Numbered from the stretch's first letter, positions 47,873 through 59,464 are shown. The stretch: 64,000 bases of DNA from a virus (IMGVR_UViG_3300020037_009644:1-64000), one strand, 5' to 3'. The notes: a model not told the origin generated them from the letters alone. Program-made: numbers and translations.

Positions 47873-48646
47873 CTATGATGTAATGATTTCTACCGAATTG
47901 TCATGAATGAAAACTGTGTGTTCCTCGTGACAGGACATTCCCAGGGTAACGACGCTCCAGCCGTCCGTCAAGACCGAAGTTGATAATCGATCAAATTCGA
48001 CAAGCATCGGTTCGATGGCAAAAGTCATGCCAGGACGAACGAGAGGACCGTCTTGCCCTGATGATTTGTTAGAAACGAAGGGATCGGCGTGGGGAGTATT
48101 TAGAGCAATTCCGTGACCTCCGTAGGTCGTAATCAATCCGAATGATGTATTTCTAACGGTTCGATGAATGGCGTTACCAACTCTCCCGATGGGTTCGCCG
48201 ACCTTGATGTTTGCGATGGCATTGCGGAGAGCTTCTTGGCAGGTTTCGACCATTTTTTGGTGCTTCGAGGATCCGCGAATGCAGGTTGTTGCTGCGTCGG
48301 CTATAGCTCCTTGACAAGTCGCCCCGAGATCGAGAGAGACAAGGTCTCCTTCTTGGATCTGATAATCGTAAGGAATACCGTGAACCATAACCTTGTTGAC
48401 CGAGAGGCAGACCTTTCCGGAAAAACCCTTATATTTGTGGAAGGTAGGGGTGCAGCCGCGACGTTCGATAATCTCAGCTGAGTCTTGCTCGATCTGAAGC
48501 AGATTGAGAGGTTCGGGGGATGCCATTTTCTTTTTGAAAAGAGATAGGCATTCGGCTACAGCTTTACCAGCAATTCGTTGGTTGGCGAGAAAGTCACCCT
48601 CTCCGTAACGTTTGATAATGCCATGATTGGCAAAGGAGGTGTTCAT
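47873..48646 (-). CDS. map: Methionine aminopeptidase type I
   Basis: CLSVN...HGIP, GDLVSLD, DAA.T, GHGI...H.DP, AIEPM, HEEHTV. Confidence 0.93.
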   Translation of the reverse strand: MNTSFANHGIIKRYGEGDFLANQRIAGKAVAECLSLFKKKMASPEPLNLLQIEQDSAEIIERRGCTPTFHKYKGFSGKVCLSVNKVMVHGIPYDYQIQEGDLVSLDLGATCQGAIADAATTCIRGSSKHQKMVETCQEALRNAIANIKVGEPIGRVGNAIHRTVRNTSFGLITTYGGHGIALNTPHADPFVSNKSSGQDGPLVRPGMTFAIEPMLVEFDRLSTSVLTDGWSVVTLGMSCHEEHTVFIHDNSVEIITS

Positions 48647-49005
48647 GAGTCTATCTCGGGATCTTCATCTGAATCATAGATGGCAGTCGGTGGAGGAACT
48701 GCTTTCTTTTTTGCTTTGGCGAGATCTTTGATCGAACGAGCTTGAACCGGTGGAGCTGCTGGCTTGGGTGAAGGAGCTGGGGCGACAGGAGTCGTTGCTA
48801 TATTTTTTGGACCTGTCTTTTCTTCGGCAACAAACGCCTCACCCCACGAGGCAAGCTCAGAATAGAGAGTCTTCTCCATTTTGGCAATGGCGACGTCGAT
48901 CATTTTTTCATTGGGAAGACGGGCGTTTTGTTTTTTGGCAGCGATGAAATTACTCAACGTAACGATCGAGGCGAGATCGTTAAGCGAGAGCTTTTGATTA
49001 TTCAT
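48643..49005 (-). CDS. Hypothetical protein with Pro-rich C-terminus
   Basis: 120 aa, ATGA overlap. Confidence 0.55.
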   Translation of the reverse strand: MNNQKLSLNDLASIVTLSNFIAAKKQNARLPNEKMIDVAIAKMEKTLYSELASWGEAFVAEEKTGPKNIATTPVAPAPSPKPAAPPVQARSIKDLAKAKKKAVPPPTAIYDSDEDPEIDS

Positions 49006-49277
49006 TCTTGATCCTGTTCTTTCTCATTTGAGATGTTTTCTTTTTTTACCATCTCCTCCCAGGTTCCGTCATGAACGTTGAGTTTGACCTGAGGATCGAT
49101 GTTGTACTTTTGATATATCGCCTGAATTAGGCTTTGCAATCTTTCTTGAGAAAGTTGCGATTTGAGATTGGCGTTGTCGAGAAGAAGCTTGGTCATTTCG
49201 ACGGTTTGTTTGGAACTCTCGTGCTGAAAGAAAAGATCTTTGAGCCGAAGAAGATCGGAGGATTGAAGTTGGTTCAT
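49002..49277 (-). CDS. Hypothetical coiled-coil protein
   Basis: 91 aa, ATGA overlap. Confidence 0.55.
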   Translation of the reverse strand: MNQLQSSDLLRLKDLFFQHESSKQTVEMTKLLLDNANLKSQLSQERLQSLIQAIYQKYNIDPQVKLNVHDGTWEEMVKKENISNEKEQDQE

Positions 49278-52200
49278 GGTAGAAGATCTTGAAGAGAAAA
49301 CTCGATCCCCAAAATTTTATTTTGTCCGAAATAGCTTTGAAGCTGTTTAATTGCCGCTTCAAAGCTAAGTAAATCAATTTTTTGTATGGTAGAATGAATA
49401 AGGATTTCATCGTCTAGATTCTTAATCCCACAGCAAAAAAGAGATTCTCCAAAGTTTGAGATGACCAGGCTATATCCGTAATTCAAGAGCATTGATTGTT
49501 TTTTCATTTTACGAGGGATCCTTAACGAGAGATAGTAAAAATGAATCTCGAATTCCAAGAGAATCTTGGGATTCTAGTTTTTCCAAGATAAATTCGATCG
49601 TATCATCTTTGACAACGAAGATGTTCATTATTTCAGACTTCCCATCAATGGTCGTCATAAAATAACAATCAAAATCATTGTGTTTTAAATTTGGATAAAA
49701 CTCTAACCAATATCCATTTTTGAGAAGAATGGATTTCATGGAATGATGTCCTTGATAAAAAGACCAGATGAAAGTTCATAGTTCGGCTTTATTCTTAGAA
49801 GTTCTTGACAGACTTCTGAAAAATCAAAAGAGGGAACAAATATTGCAGACGGAATGTATAAATGTCCCTCGGGAGATCTGACCGAACAAACAAAACTGAC
49901 CGGAGCATTTTCCCAAATATCTAGGCTGTATCCGTGTTTCATGAGAAAAGTTTTGGTCATTGTGATTCCTCGCAAATTCTGAGCATGAGATCTCCGTTGT
50001 ATGATCTTGCTACGCTTCGCAAATAATCAATTACCGATTGAAGATTATCTTCTTGAGATAAGGAATGACAAATCTCCATAGTCTCATGGTCGAATTGTAT
50101 ATTGAAAGAGACGTTATAACCATACAATGGCGATGGCGATGTGGTAAAGACCAAAGAATAGCCGTTGTTGAGCAAAATTTCTTTATTGACAATTTTCATG
50201 ATATACCCAGTAGATCGAAGACAAGATCGGGGCACCCGCCGGGTTTTAAAGATGAAATCATATCTCTATATTTGGCAACTATTTCGTCAAAATCAAAAGA
50301 ACCGATGCTGATAGCAGATCTTTCAACATAATGACCGTCTGGCGATTCAATTGCAGCAATGTTGTTATAAACATTTAAAACGTATCCGTCTTTCAAAAGA
50401 AAGGACTCTTTCCTATTCATATCGAATCCTCGCAGATTTCTAGCATATTTCGCCCAGCTGGAGTTAAACTCCCCATCTTTTTGAGATCAGCAATAACGTC
50501 TTCGACAGTTTGCCCGGAAGCTTCGAAACCACACAGAGGCATATCGCTTTTGTTGTAAAGTGTTACGCAAGATTCTTTGCTGAAAGTTAGATAATGTCCG
50601 TCTATTAAAAGTGATTCTTTCATGATGATTCCTTGTTTTATATTTGTTCTTGAACCAGAAAAAGGAGAAGCTTTCCAATCTCAGAGAGCTTAGAATAGGT
50701 ATTTAGGTAATCGGCAATTGCCTCGAGAGTCTGCTCTTTTTTAGAAAACCATCCAAGCATCGTGGTATCCCGATGGTCACCTTCGGATTTCATAAATAAG
50801 ATCTCATAAGACTCTCCCGGAATTTGATCTGAAAAAGTCAGGTAGTATCCATTAGAGAGAAGAATTTGTTTCATATGATCCTTTCAAAATAACGAGATGA
50901 CAAATTGCAGATCTTTAAAGATCTCAGACCCTTCCGGCTCATTCAAAAGACAGACATAAAGGTCATCAAGAGCGGATTCCGCGGTCATATTTTCGGCATT
51001 TATTCCGCCAATTTCAAGTCTTCCGGTTAACGAATCAACAATTTCTCCATAATATGGAGCTTGATTCTCAGTAGCCTTAGGGCTAAAGACCAATTCATAT
51101 CCGTTTTTGAGAAGAAATGTTGTTTTCATGAGAAGAGCGAGTTGATGGGAGGGTTTGACAAAGGAGGTGGTCATGGAAAAACGGAAAGATATTGCAGATA
51201 AGATATTTGTTCGTTATCATTCAACGAATTATTCACTATCACGATTTCCTTGGCGTATTCTATGGAAAACTCTTCGCCGTCAAAGAGCTGGAGAGTTAAT
51301 TGATTGAGTTTTCCATTTTCGTCGACCGGAAGAAAAACAGTGAAAGAATGATCTTCCGAATTGTAATCGATTGTCGCGCCGTCTTTGAGGAGGTATGTTT
51401 GATTCATATTATACTTTACTTTACGGAAAAAGAGATAGGCAATGTTGCAAGAAATCGTATTCTTCGTTCTCTGAAAAACGAAGGTCCGAAATTAAAATAT
51501 CTTTGGCAAATTCAAGGGAAAACTCTTCGCTGTCTTGAATGGCGTAGTCTATATTTGTCCTATCTTGAAATGGTTCGGTGAGCCAGATGTTGAAAACTTT
51601 CCTAGCTTCGAAATAAACAATCTTGGCTCCGTTTTTAAGCAAAAATTCCTGGTTCATAATTTAACTTTCCAAAAGATCGAGAATGTTTTTCATCAACCTG
51701 CAAGTATCGGTAAAATTGTTGTCAGCATTATATTTGTGCAATTGGGTGATAAGGATTCTGGCTTCTGTTATTGAAGGTCCAGAATGACTTTGTTCGTACC
51801 AATAAAGAGTAAAATACAGTTATCCTCTCCATCGTAAAATTTATATCCGTACTCGGGATAATAATTCATCGAATGACCATTTTTGAGAAGAAATTCGGTA
51901 GAGTCCTTTAAATCTTTCATAGATCCTCGAAAAGGGAAAGGCAGAATTTGTAATAATGTGCATTTTCTGGAATTAAAAGTTGCAGTTCAAATAGCTTAGT
52001 TTTAGCACATTCAATATCTGGGATGGAATCAGACATCTGTGAAATGTTTATGTACATAACCAGTAACCCAAATGAATCAACAATTTGGCAACATCTTAAT
52101 CTATTTTCAAAGCAGATTAAAACATATCCATCTTTCAAAAGATATTCTGTCGCTTTATCGCTCATGATAGATGCTCCTTAAGAGATGATAGGATGAAGCG

Positions 52201-53046
52201 AGCTAGATCGTCGTCATGACCATATAGAGAAGACGTTCCATTTAGACAGAGGTGAAGATAATCGTCCAAATCATTGCCGTCGATCAAGGCAATCATGCAA
52301 TATTTGCAATTTTTATAGCCGTTGTTGTCGGTGTACAAATCCGAAGAAAACCAGATCTCTAAATGAGATCTGTAGAATTCAAATTGAACATCAACTTGAT
52401 TGGGAAGGATCATTGTTTCGCGTCTAATCATTGATAACTTTCATGTCTTATTGAGATATTGTTGAATTGATTCTGCTATTTCAAGTGCAAATTCAGTGTC
52501 ATCGTGCCTATCATCAATATGATTGATTAATATCTTGCGCGCAGCTTCGCGAAGAATAGAATTGTCATCTCGTTTTTCGTCCAGAGCATCAATGTCTTGA
52601 TAAAACAATATTCCTTCTCGTTCAAAATACAAATCAACAAAAGAATGCCGAGCATCAAATTCAATCTCTACTTCGATTGAATTTGGCAAAAGCAATTTTT
52701 TGGATTTAGTAATATGAACAGTCTCGCGGTCGAATGAAGAACAAGAATCCATTTTAAGTATTTCCTCTCATTTTACTCTTCCTTCATCGGCTAAATATTG
52801 TTCTACCGCAAAAACGATTTGATTATTAAAATTGTCGCCTCTATGAGATTGTTGTTGTAACATGGCAATGCTTGAGGCAAGGAGTTCGCAATGATCTTGT
52901 TGTAAGGAGAAAGACACGTAACGATATTTTTTATTACCCTCGTCATCACGGTTGAGATCAGAAGAAAACCACAATTCGACGGATTGATCGTAGTAATCAA
53001 TTTCTACTTCAATTTGATTTGGAAGAATCAGCGATGTGGTAATCAT
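49274..53046 (-). CDS. Tandem array of 15 small (70-100 aa) paralogs with N-terminal LL[KS][ND]GY or L[IL]LPN motif (one frameshifted)
   Basis: LLNYGY, LLKNGY, LMKHGY, LLNNGY, LLKDGY, LLIDGH, LLSNGY, LLKNGY, LLKDGA, LLKNGA, LLKNGH, LLKDGY, ILPNQV, LLPNSI, ILPNQI. Confidence 0.75.
51661..51920 (-). pseudogene. Frameshifted member of the LLKNG array
   Basis: MKDLKDSTEFLLKNGH... stops after 50 aa; the family-like C-terminus (SITEARILI...NILDLLES) is in another frame; span is 260 nt. Confidence 0.65.
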
Positions 53047-53420
53047 TTGGGTTGTTCCTCGAAGACAGAGTTAAATGAAAATTTGATCTCGGCGAAGAGA
53101 CGTTTGCTTCGATTTTTTTCGGAGGCGTCTTCTCGATAAGACAGGACCGGCTTTTCCCAATGAGCAATTGGATTTCCGCCAACCAGAATCTCTTGTTCCC
53201 CCGAAACCGAATCGATGATCGAGACATTGGCGAGGGAGAGGAGGTGGACCAGCTTGCCCTTCATTATAACGTCAAAAGAGGAGGAGTCAAGGTCGGAAGG
53301 GAAAAGCGAGGAGACATTTTCGATCCCGCAGGCTTCGAGGATGGCGATGGTGAATTTGAGACGCTCGTCGGATGAGATTTTCGAGACGTCGGAGAGGTTG
53401 CAGGAGACGGAGTATTTCAT
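53043..53420 (-). CDS. Hypothetical protein
   Basis: 125 aa, ATGA overlaps. Confidence 0.6.
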   Translation of the reverse strand: MKYSVSCNLSDVSKISSDERLKFTIAILEACGIENVSSLFPSDLDSSSFDVIMKGKLVHLLSLANVSIIDSVSGEQEILVGGNPIAHWEKPVLSYREDASEKNRSKRLFAEIKFSFNSVFEEQPK

Positions 53421-53947
53421 CGAATGCCTAGAGCTTTTAACTCTTCGACAGTTAATTTCTTTTTAGCATTAGAGATTAATAAATTATTATCTTCTTTTTG
53501 TTTCTGAGATTTTTTTTGATCTTCAATTGATTTGACCTTGTATCTTTCAATTCCTTCCCGAAGTTCGGTCAAAAAATCGACGTAAAGCCATTCGGTTGGA
53601 AATTGACAATCGTCGAAGATAGCAACTTCATCACCATCTTCGGTCAAAATACAACCATCAAATTGCGGGTTTCCGGAATAGCTCCAAGCCCACCCCTCAA
53701 AGAAGTCTGAATTTAGATAGCGATCTAAATTTTCGACATCTTGGGTTGCTTCATCTCGATCATCGTCATAGTCGCCCCAAAACTTGAATTTGCATCCAAA
53801 TTCTTGGCAAATTGTTTTCAGGATAAATTCTATTCTAGAATAGATGACCGTCGTAATTCCGTCGACCTGGGCTTGGGCGATGTCTCGGTCGTTTAGAATT
53901 TTTCTACTAAGAGGTCGGGGAAGTTGGGGTGGTATGTTGGATTTCAT
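53417..53947 (-). CDS. Hypothetical protein
   Basis: 176 aa, ends AKKKLTVEELKALGI. Confidence 0.6.
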   Translation of the reverse strand: MKSNIPPQLPRPLSRKILNDRDIAQAQVDGITTVIYSRIEFILKTICQEFGCKFKFWGDYDDDRDEATQDVENLDRYLNSDFFEGWAWSYSGNPQFDGCILTEDGDEVAIFDDCQFPTEWLYVDFLTELREGIERYKVKSIEDQKKSQKQKEDNNLLISNAKKKLTVEELKALGIR

Positions 53948-54920
53948 TGTGGTCTTTCGTAGGTTTTCTTGGTTTGTATTTTTTGACAGGTTGGCAGGTT
54001 ATTGGATTTATTTTCATCTTTTTACAAAAGAGAGTCCAGTCATTTTCCCATATATCAATCAAAGTATATTCTAATTTTTTATATTGATCAATCTTGGCGC
54101 AAGTCTTCTTATACAATTCGCCATATGTGATTTTAGCTACTTTATTTAAGTCATCTGGTAAAAATAACTTGGGGTTTCCATGCCAAAAATCTCCCCAAAA
54201 TTCCCAAACTATTTTATTTTCAAAATCAATTGCGTCAGGATAATATTTTGATCCATCCGGTAACCACAACGTTTTGTTTCTAAATTCAATAGGGATGGAG
54301 CTATAATCTAACCAAGCAATTTCGTTAGTTGATACTCTGGATGAACAAACGCCGCAACCATGACCAGCTGCGTGATGACCAGCCCTTTGATGAAAGGGAC
54401 CATGTTTTGGGCAAATAATCCAAACTTTTTGATTTGAAGCAACATATTGAGAAGCGCTATAATCATAAAAATAATCATGAGCAATATTAGACCTTCTTAT
54501 CCATTCATCATGTGATATTTGAAAATCTAATGCTCGCTCCGCATAAACACATTTGGGGCAACCTTTAGAAAACCTATGTTCATCTGGGGTTGTTGTAAAC
54601 AATCCATGAATCTGACAGATTATATCAATTTTACTTTTGGCATCTTTGTAAATACTTTTACTATAATCTAATTTGGATCCGTGTATTACAATCATTTCTG
54701 CAATCCAACTTTCGGTAGTTTTACCTTTACCACAACATTTTGGACAACCATTGGTTTGTGACTTATAAAAGTACGGCAAAACACAAACAAAACCATGGAT
54801 TGGACAACCAACAACAATTGGAGTTTTGTTATCTACGTATATAGATTTAGTAAGATTTAAATTTTTTCCGCTATGAATTACTCTTTTTCTCCATTCTTCT
54901 GTTGTAATTTTTCTTGACAT
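53907..54920 (-). CDS. Putative homing endonuclease with CPxHG zinc repeats (DUF723-like) and PD-(D/E)xK domain
   Basis: Three Y..S.Y.....+.+.C..HG.F...GC..C repeats; PD, EFWGDFWHGNP, IWENDW; directly after nrdA. Confidence 0.8.
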   Translation of the reverse strand: MSRKITTEEWRKRVIHSGKNLNLTKSIYVDNKTPIVVGCPIHGFVCVLPYFYKSQTNGCPKCCGKGKTTESWIAEMIVIHGSKLDYSKSIYKDAKSKIDIICQIHGLFTTTPDEHRFSKGCPKCVYAERALDFQISHDEWIRRSNIAHDYFYDYSASQYVASNQKVWIICPKHGPFHQRAGHHAAGHGCGVCSSRVSTNEIAWLDYSSIPIEFRNKTLWLPDGSKYYPDAIDFENKIVWEFWGDFWHGNPKLFLPDDLNKVAKITYGELYKKTCAKIDQYKKLEYTLIDIWENDWTLFCKKMKINPITCQPVKKYKPRKPTKDHNEIQHTTPTSPTS

Positions 54921-54926
54921 TTATTC

Positions 54927-56696
54927 TCAACCTTCGCAAGCCCGACAATCTGATGCGCTAAATACATTTTCTATTTTTAGAGCTGTTTCAGCTCTCATGT
55001 AATACATGCTTCTAACACCAAGCTTCCAAGCTTCCATATGAACTCCAAAAATATACTCACCCATTTTGTCAAAATCTTCTTTAATGCTCAAGTCTTTTGG
55101 AATACTAAAAAAGATATTAAATGAAACAGCCTGAGAAATGAATTTAGTTCTTTGAGAGTTAAGCCTAACAAGTGTATATTGGTTAACTTCTCTAGCTGTT
55201 TTAAACACGTCTTTTTCATGATCAGAAAGAAAAGATAAAGATTTGACACTCCCATTGTCATCTCTGATTTGTTTCCAAGTATCAAATGTATTTTTACCCT
55301 TTGAATCCAATATTTTTTCAAGGTTTACGTTTTTTTTGATGAACGTTCCTTTGGCTGATTGATTGATGTAGCAGTTAAAAGCTATCGGCTCGATAGATTG
55401 AGATACATTGCCAGCAATAATACTGGAAGAAACGTTTGGGGCAATAGCTGTTAAATGAGTATTTCTCATTCCAGTTCCCTTGCACCATTCTGGCTCTCCA
55501 TATTCCTTAGCAAGTTCACGGCTAGCAGCCTCTGCCCTTTGTTTTATCGTTCGAAAAATCTCGGCATTTAATTCAAATGCTTCGCGAGAATCAAGAGCAA
55601 TCATTTTGTCCTGAAGAAGAGTGTGAAAACCTAAAGCTCCAAGACCAAGCGCCCGACCTTTAATAGTAGATCTTCGGGCATTTTCTGTTCCTGGTAATCC
55701 TTCTGATTTTCTAATAAAATCTTCAGCAACAGCATCTAGAAGATAAATAGCAACTTCTATACAATCAGAGTTCTTAATTTTTTCCCAATTGCTAAGAACA
55801 AGACTAGAAAGAACACATGTAAAAGTGTGGTCTGTGGAACTAAACAAAGTAATTTCAGAGCACAAATTTGAAGCTTTAACATAGAGTTCATTATTCACAT
55901 ATGCTGGAGGTCTGTTGTTATTCACAGCATCAATAAATAAAATAAATGGCTCACCAGTATCTTGTCTTTTTTCAAGAATAAGAAGAAACATTTCTAAGTG
56001 CTCATCGTGTTTAGGGTGAAGGGGGTTATCTACAGCTTCCATAAATCTATCAGGAATTACAACTCCATGATGGAAGCTTTCAGACAAACAGCGTCTGTTA
56101 GGATCTCCAGAAGGATCTCTTACATATAAGAAGTCAATAAGATCTGGATGAAAAACTTCCTCACCATTAACTTCTTTGTAGACATCAAGCCAACAACAAA
56201 TACTTCCTCTCCGAGCGCCACCTTGGCTTGTTTCTTTAATACCAGCTTCCATTAATTTAAGCCATGGAACAATTCCTCCTGATTGTCCGCCTCCTTTAAT
56301 CGGAGCCCCAGTTGGTCGGATTCTATCAAAGCTAGTCGAAACTCCACCGCCATACTTACAAAGCATGCAATTTTCGGTTAGCGATTCAAAAATACCAATG
56401 GTGCTATCCTCTACCACGCCGCCAAAGCAAGACACACTTAATCCGTTACCAGGAATTCCAAGATTAGCAGCAACTGGTGTTGAAAGAGCAATCAATTGAC
56501 CATAAGTATAATCAAAAAATTTCTGTTCAAGATCTGGTCGATTAAGAATCGATGAAGCTGCTTTGGCTACCCGCTCATACATTTGACGTGGAGTTTCGTT
56601 ATTCTGAAGATAACCATTAGATAACATTTTAAAGCCATCTTCGGTAAGCCATTCTGGGGCTTGGTTATCTTTTTTAAGCTGTTCTAAATCAAACAT
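54927..56696 (-). CDS. nrdA: Ribonucleoside-diphosphate reductase alpha subunit (class Ia)
   Basis: STPVAAN, SCF, GGG, QGGARRGS, TGEPF, SNLCSEI, AIAP..SSS, MYY.R, C-terminal CRACEG. Confidence 0.95.
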   Translation of the reverse strand: MFDLEQLKKDNQAPEWLTEDGFKMLSNGYLQNNETPRQMYERVAKAASSILNRPDLEQKFFDYTYGQLIALSTPVAANLGIPGNGLSVSCFGGVVEDSTIGIFESLTENCMLCKYGGGVSTSFDRIRPTGAPIKGGGQSGGIVPWLKLMEAGIKETSQGGARRGSICCWLDVYKEVNGEEVFHPDLIDFLYVRDPSGDPNRRCLSESFHHGVVIPDRFMEAVDNPLHPKHDEHLEMFLLILEKRQDTGEPFILFIDAVNNNRPPAYVNNELYVKASNLCSEITLFSSTDHTFTCVLSSLVLSNWEKIKNSDCIEVAIYLLDAVAEDFIRKSEGLPGTENARRSTIKGRALGLGALGFHTLLQDKMIALDSREAFELNAEIFRTIKQRAEAASRELAKEYGEPEWCKGTGMRNTHLTAIAPNVSSSIIAGNVSQSIEPIAFNCYINQSAKGTFIKKNVNLEKILDSKGKNTFDTWKQIRDDNGSVKSLSFLSDHEKDVFKTAREVNQYTLVRLNSQRTKFISQAVSFNIFFSIPKDLSIKEDFDKMGEYIFGVHMEAWKLGVRSMYYMRAETALKIENVFSASDCRACEG

Positions 56697-57696
56697 TGTT
56701 ATTTGTATCCTTTAGGAGTTCTTCTTTTTTAATTTCCATTTGTCGAAAAACTCCATCCCAAGAAATCATTCCTTTGGCATAGTTAGTTTCACGAGCACTA
56801 AAAAAATCTTGCTGACTACTTCCAGTATAAAATTCAAACCACTCCATTTCTTTAAGAAGTTCTTTATCTATATTTTTCCAATTAGCTTTTAATCCCATGG
56901 CTGCTAAATGTTGATTAGTTTTATAACGAATGTAATTTTTGAGAATCTTTGCGCTAATTCCATCAATAGGACCCTTTTCAAAAGCTTTCTCAATAAAATC
57001 ATCTTCTAATTGAACAGTTAATCTAGCCGCTTCATATATTTTTTTCTTAAAATCATCTGTCCAAATCTCTGGATTCTCTTTTTTGAATAGGTTGAATAAT
57101 GAGATTCCAGCCATTGCGTGATTATGCTCGTCACGTGCTGAGTATTGAATTATTTTACAAACAGATTTAAGGAGATTTCTCTTGGCAAATGATAGTAATA
57201 CAGCAAATGAAGAGAATAGAGATATACCTTCATTAAAAGCAGAAAATACAGCAAGACTTAATGCTATTTCTTCTTTAGAATCACCCTTTACACCAACAAT
57301 TCTATCTATCTTAGCTTTAGCTGTTGGCTCTCTTAAGAAGGCATCATACTCAGTAATGTTTAAACTTGTTTCTAAAGCAGAATAGGCATGAGCATGAACA
57401 TGTTCAATAGCAGAAAACATAGCTGCCATTGATTGGATTTCGGGCACCGGGAACCAGCGCGCCACACAAGAGCCCCAATATTCGCTTATTATTATTTCTA
57501 CAGAGGTAAATCCTCGTAGAATTGAAGATATAACATTTTTTTCATTATCTGTTAACCTCAATTTAAAATCATTCACTGAATCTGTTAATGGTATTTCAAG
57601 ATGGGTCCAAAAAACAGAAGCCTGTCTTTTCCAATAATCATAAAAAACTGGGTACTCCATCGGGAGTAATGTTAATCTACTGTCTGTTAATCCCAT
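56689..57696 (-). CDS. nrdB: Ribonucleoside-diphosphate reductase beta subunit
   Basis: FWT..E+.L..., E.VH..AYS, EGISLFSSF, RDE..H, DFF..RETNY.K. Confidence 0.95.
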   Translation of the reverse strand: MGLTDSRLTLLPMEYPVFYDYWKRQASVFWTHLEIPLTDSVNDFKLRLTDNEKNVISSILRGFTSVEIIISEYWGSCVARWFPVPEIQSMAAMFSAIEHVHAHAYSALETSLNITEYDAFLREPTAKAKIDRIVGVKGDSKEEIALSLAVFSAFNEGISLFSSFAVLLSFAKRNLLKSVCKIIQYSARDEHNHAMAGISLFNLFKKENPEIWTDDFKKKIYEAARLTVQLEDDFIEKAFEKGPIDGISAKILKNYIRYKTNQHLAAMGLKANWKNIDKELLKEMEWFEFYTGSSQQDFFSARETNYAKGMISWDGVFRQMEIKKEELLKDTNNNV

Positions 57697-57737
57697 ATCT
57701 ATCTATTTCTCATCTATCTTAGTTATTTTCCAGAATA

Positions 57738-57775
57738 GAAAACGCCCCAGAAGAATTCTCTCCCTGCTGGGGCGC
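57738..57775 (-). terminator. Hairpin with U-rich tail upstream of nrdB
   Basis: CGCCCCAG...CUGGGGCG followed by UUUUCUAUU. Confidence 0.55.
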
Positions 57776-57877
57776 ATCCATAGAACCCCTCAACCCTTTG
57801 AGGAATTCACTTTGTCATGTCGTCGTGTCTTAGATTAATGTGTCGTTATTCCCCGGAGGGGCACTCCCCGGTCTCGC

Positions 57878-58486
57878 CTAGACAATTTTCGGCGTGAACC
57901 CCAAAATATATTTACCAGAGTCGAGAACTTGCTCGAGGAGTTCTTCATCATATTTTGAAAGGTTGTACTTCCAACATCCTTGAGATGTTTTGTCGAAAGA
58001 GATTCTACCATCATTGATTTGAATATAGTTCGCACAATAAGGCTTTGAATTTGCTCCGGCTGTAACGACAAAATTCTTGGATGATCCGTCGTTAATTTCG
58101 TCGATGATCAATCTATTTCTTATAGAAAGGGTTTCTTTCAAGCGACACTTCTTGCTTTCGTCATCCGAGGTGACCGTAAAATTTTTCTCAACATCGTCTA
58201 AAAGCCCACATTCAACAACAAATAGAATGAAAGCGAAAAATAGATCGGTATCAACGACAGAATGCCAACTATCATCAACGTTGCAAATATGCCTATATCC
58301 ATTACCATTACGGTAAGCATTCAAATAAATAGAAAAACCATTTTGATTAATATCGGTAATCAAATACCTATTTTCCAAAATAACATCAATCGGTCCGCTT
58401 TGAATATAATGAGCCAGGATCGATTTTCGAAGAAAGGAGATGACCTCAAGCTTTCTAGCTGTTGGGGAGACGGTTAATTCGAGCAT
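57878..58486 (-). CDS. Hypothetical protein
   Basis: 202 aa ORF. Confidence 0.55.
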   Translation of the reverse strand: MLELTVSPTARKLEVISFLRKSILAHYIQSGPIDVILENRYLITDINQNGFSIYLNAYRNGNGYRHICNVDDSWHSVVDTDLFFAFILFVVECGLLDDVEKNFTVTSDDESKKCRLKETLSIRNRLIIDEINDGSSKNFVVTAGANSKPYCANYIQINDGRISFDKTSQGCWKYNLSKYDEELLEQVLDSGKYILGFTPKIV

Positions 58487-58489
58487 ATG

Positions 58490-59131
58490 TTAGATTCTTT
58501 CTCTTATCGTTTTGGTTATTCTTTTCTTCAATCGCTTGATTCGATCCGCGGCTGCTGGTTTGGTAAGATTTAACTGACCAGCTGTCTTCTTGATCTTTCC
58601 CATCTCGCTAGAAATGGAGGCGTTGATTAGCTTCTGATCCCTGTCGTTTAATTCGGAGATTGCCAGTGTGACCATGTTTTTTTCCTCGAGATCGAGAATA
58701 ATGGTCTCGGGATCGAGAGGGAGTTCGTGGGTCAGATAAACCGTTCCGGAGATGGAATTAAGCTTGGTCTCCGGTTTGCCGCTCTTTTGATGTTTTCTCT
58801 CCATTTGGGAGACGACGGCTCGATTGACCTGGGTCGTGATATATTTATCCGCCCACCAAGAAAACGCCGACTTTTGATCTCTATATGATTCGAGAGCTTT
58901 GAGAAGCGCCTCGAAGCCTTCTTGAACGAGATCGGATCCGTTGGGAAATCGTTGATACCTGGCGACTCTCGAATGAACCAGAATCGCCATTTGATCTATT
59001 TGGTCAGCGATCTTTTGATCTATTTTGATCCGCTGGGATTGAGAAAGATTAGGGTTCTCTCTTTCCGAGCGGAGTTGTTGATAGGAAACGGCAAATTGAT
59101 CGAAATGGTTAGGAGAAAAAGAGAGGGTCAT
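58490..59131 (-). CDS. Phage sigma70-family RNA polymerase sigma factor
   Basis: Region 2 DLVQEGFEALLKALESY...FSWWA..YI; region 4-like AISEL..RDQ.+I...HTH. Confidence 0.8.
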   Translation of the reverse strand: MTLSFSPNHFDQFAVSYQQLRSERENPNLSQSQRIKIDQKIADQIDQMAILVHSRVARYQRFPNGSDLVQEGFEALLKALESYRDQKSAFSWWADKYITTQVNRAVVSQMERKHQKSGKPETKLNSISGTVYLTHELPLDPETIILDLEEKNMVTLAISELNDRDQKLINASISSEMGKIKKTAGQLNLTKPAAADRIKRLKKRITKTIRERI

Positions 59132-59177
59132 GAATTAACCTCTTCTGCTTCTAGATCAGGCTTCCTTCGATTGTTTT

Positions 59178-59462
59178 TTATTTCCCGAGAAGGCTTTGAT
59201 TATATTTGGTCTCGCCGACGAAATTGGCGAGACGGTTCTCGTCTTTTTTAATTTCGGCGGCGGCTTTTTTGCCATCGGCGAGGACTTTTTGTTTGTACTC
59301 GTGCCCGGTGAGCTTGACGATTCCGGTGGCGACGAGAGAAGGTAACTTCTTAATCGCTTCTGATTCCTGACATTGCGGACAGGACGGGAGGGGATCTCCG
59401 GTGAAGATGATGTCGTCGAAGATGTTGTGGCAAGACTGGCATTCGAAATCGAAGATGGGCAT
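59178..59462 (-). CDS. FmdB-family zinc-ribbon protein (second copy)
   Basis: MPIFDFECQSC...CPQC...KKL.S. Confidence 0.85.
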   Translation of the reverse strand: MPIFDFECQSCHNIFDDIIFTGDPLPSCPQCQESEAIKKLPSLVATGIVKLTGHEYKQKVLADGKKAAAEIKKDENRLANFVGETKYNQSLLGK

Positions 59463-59464
59463 AG

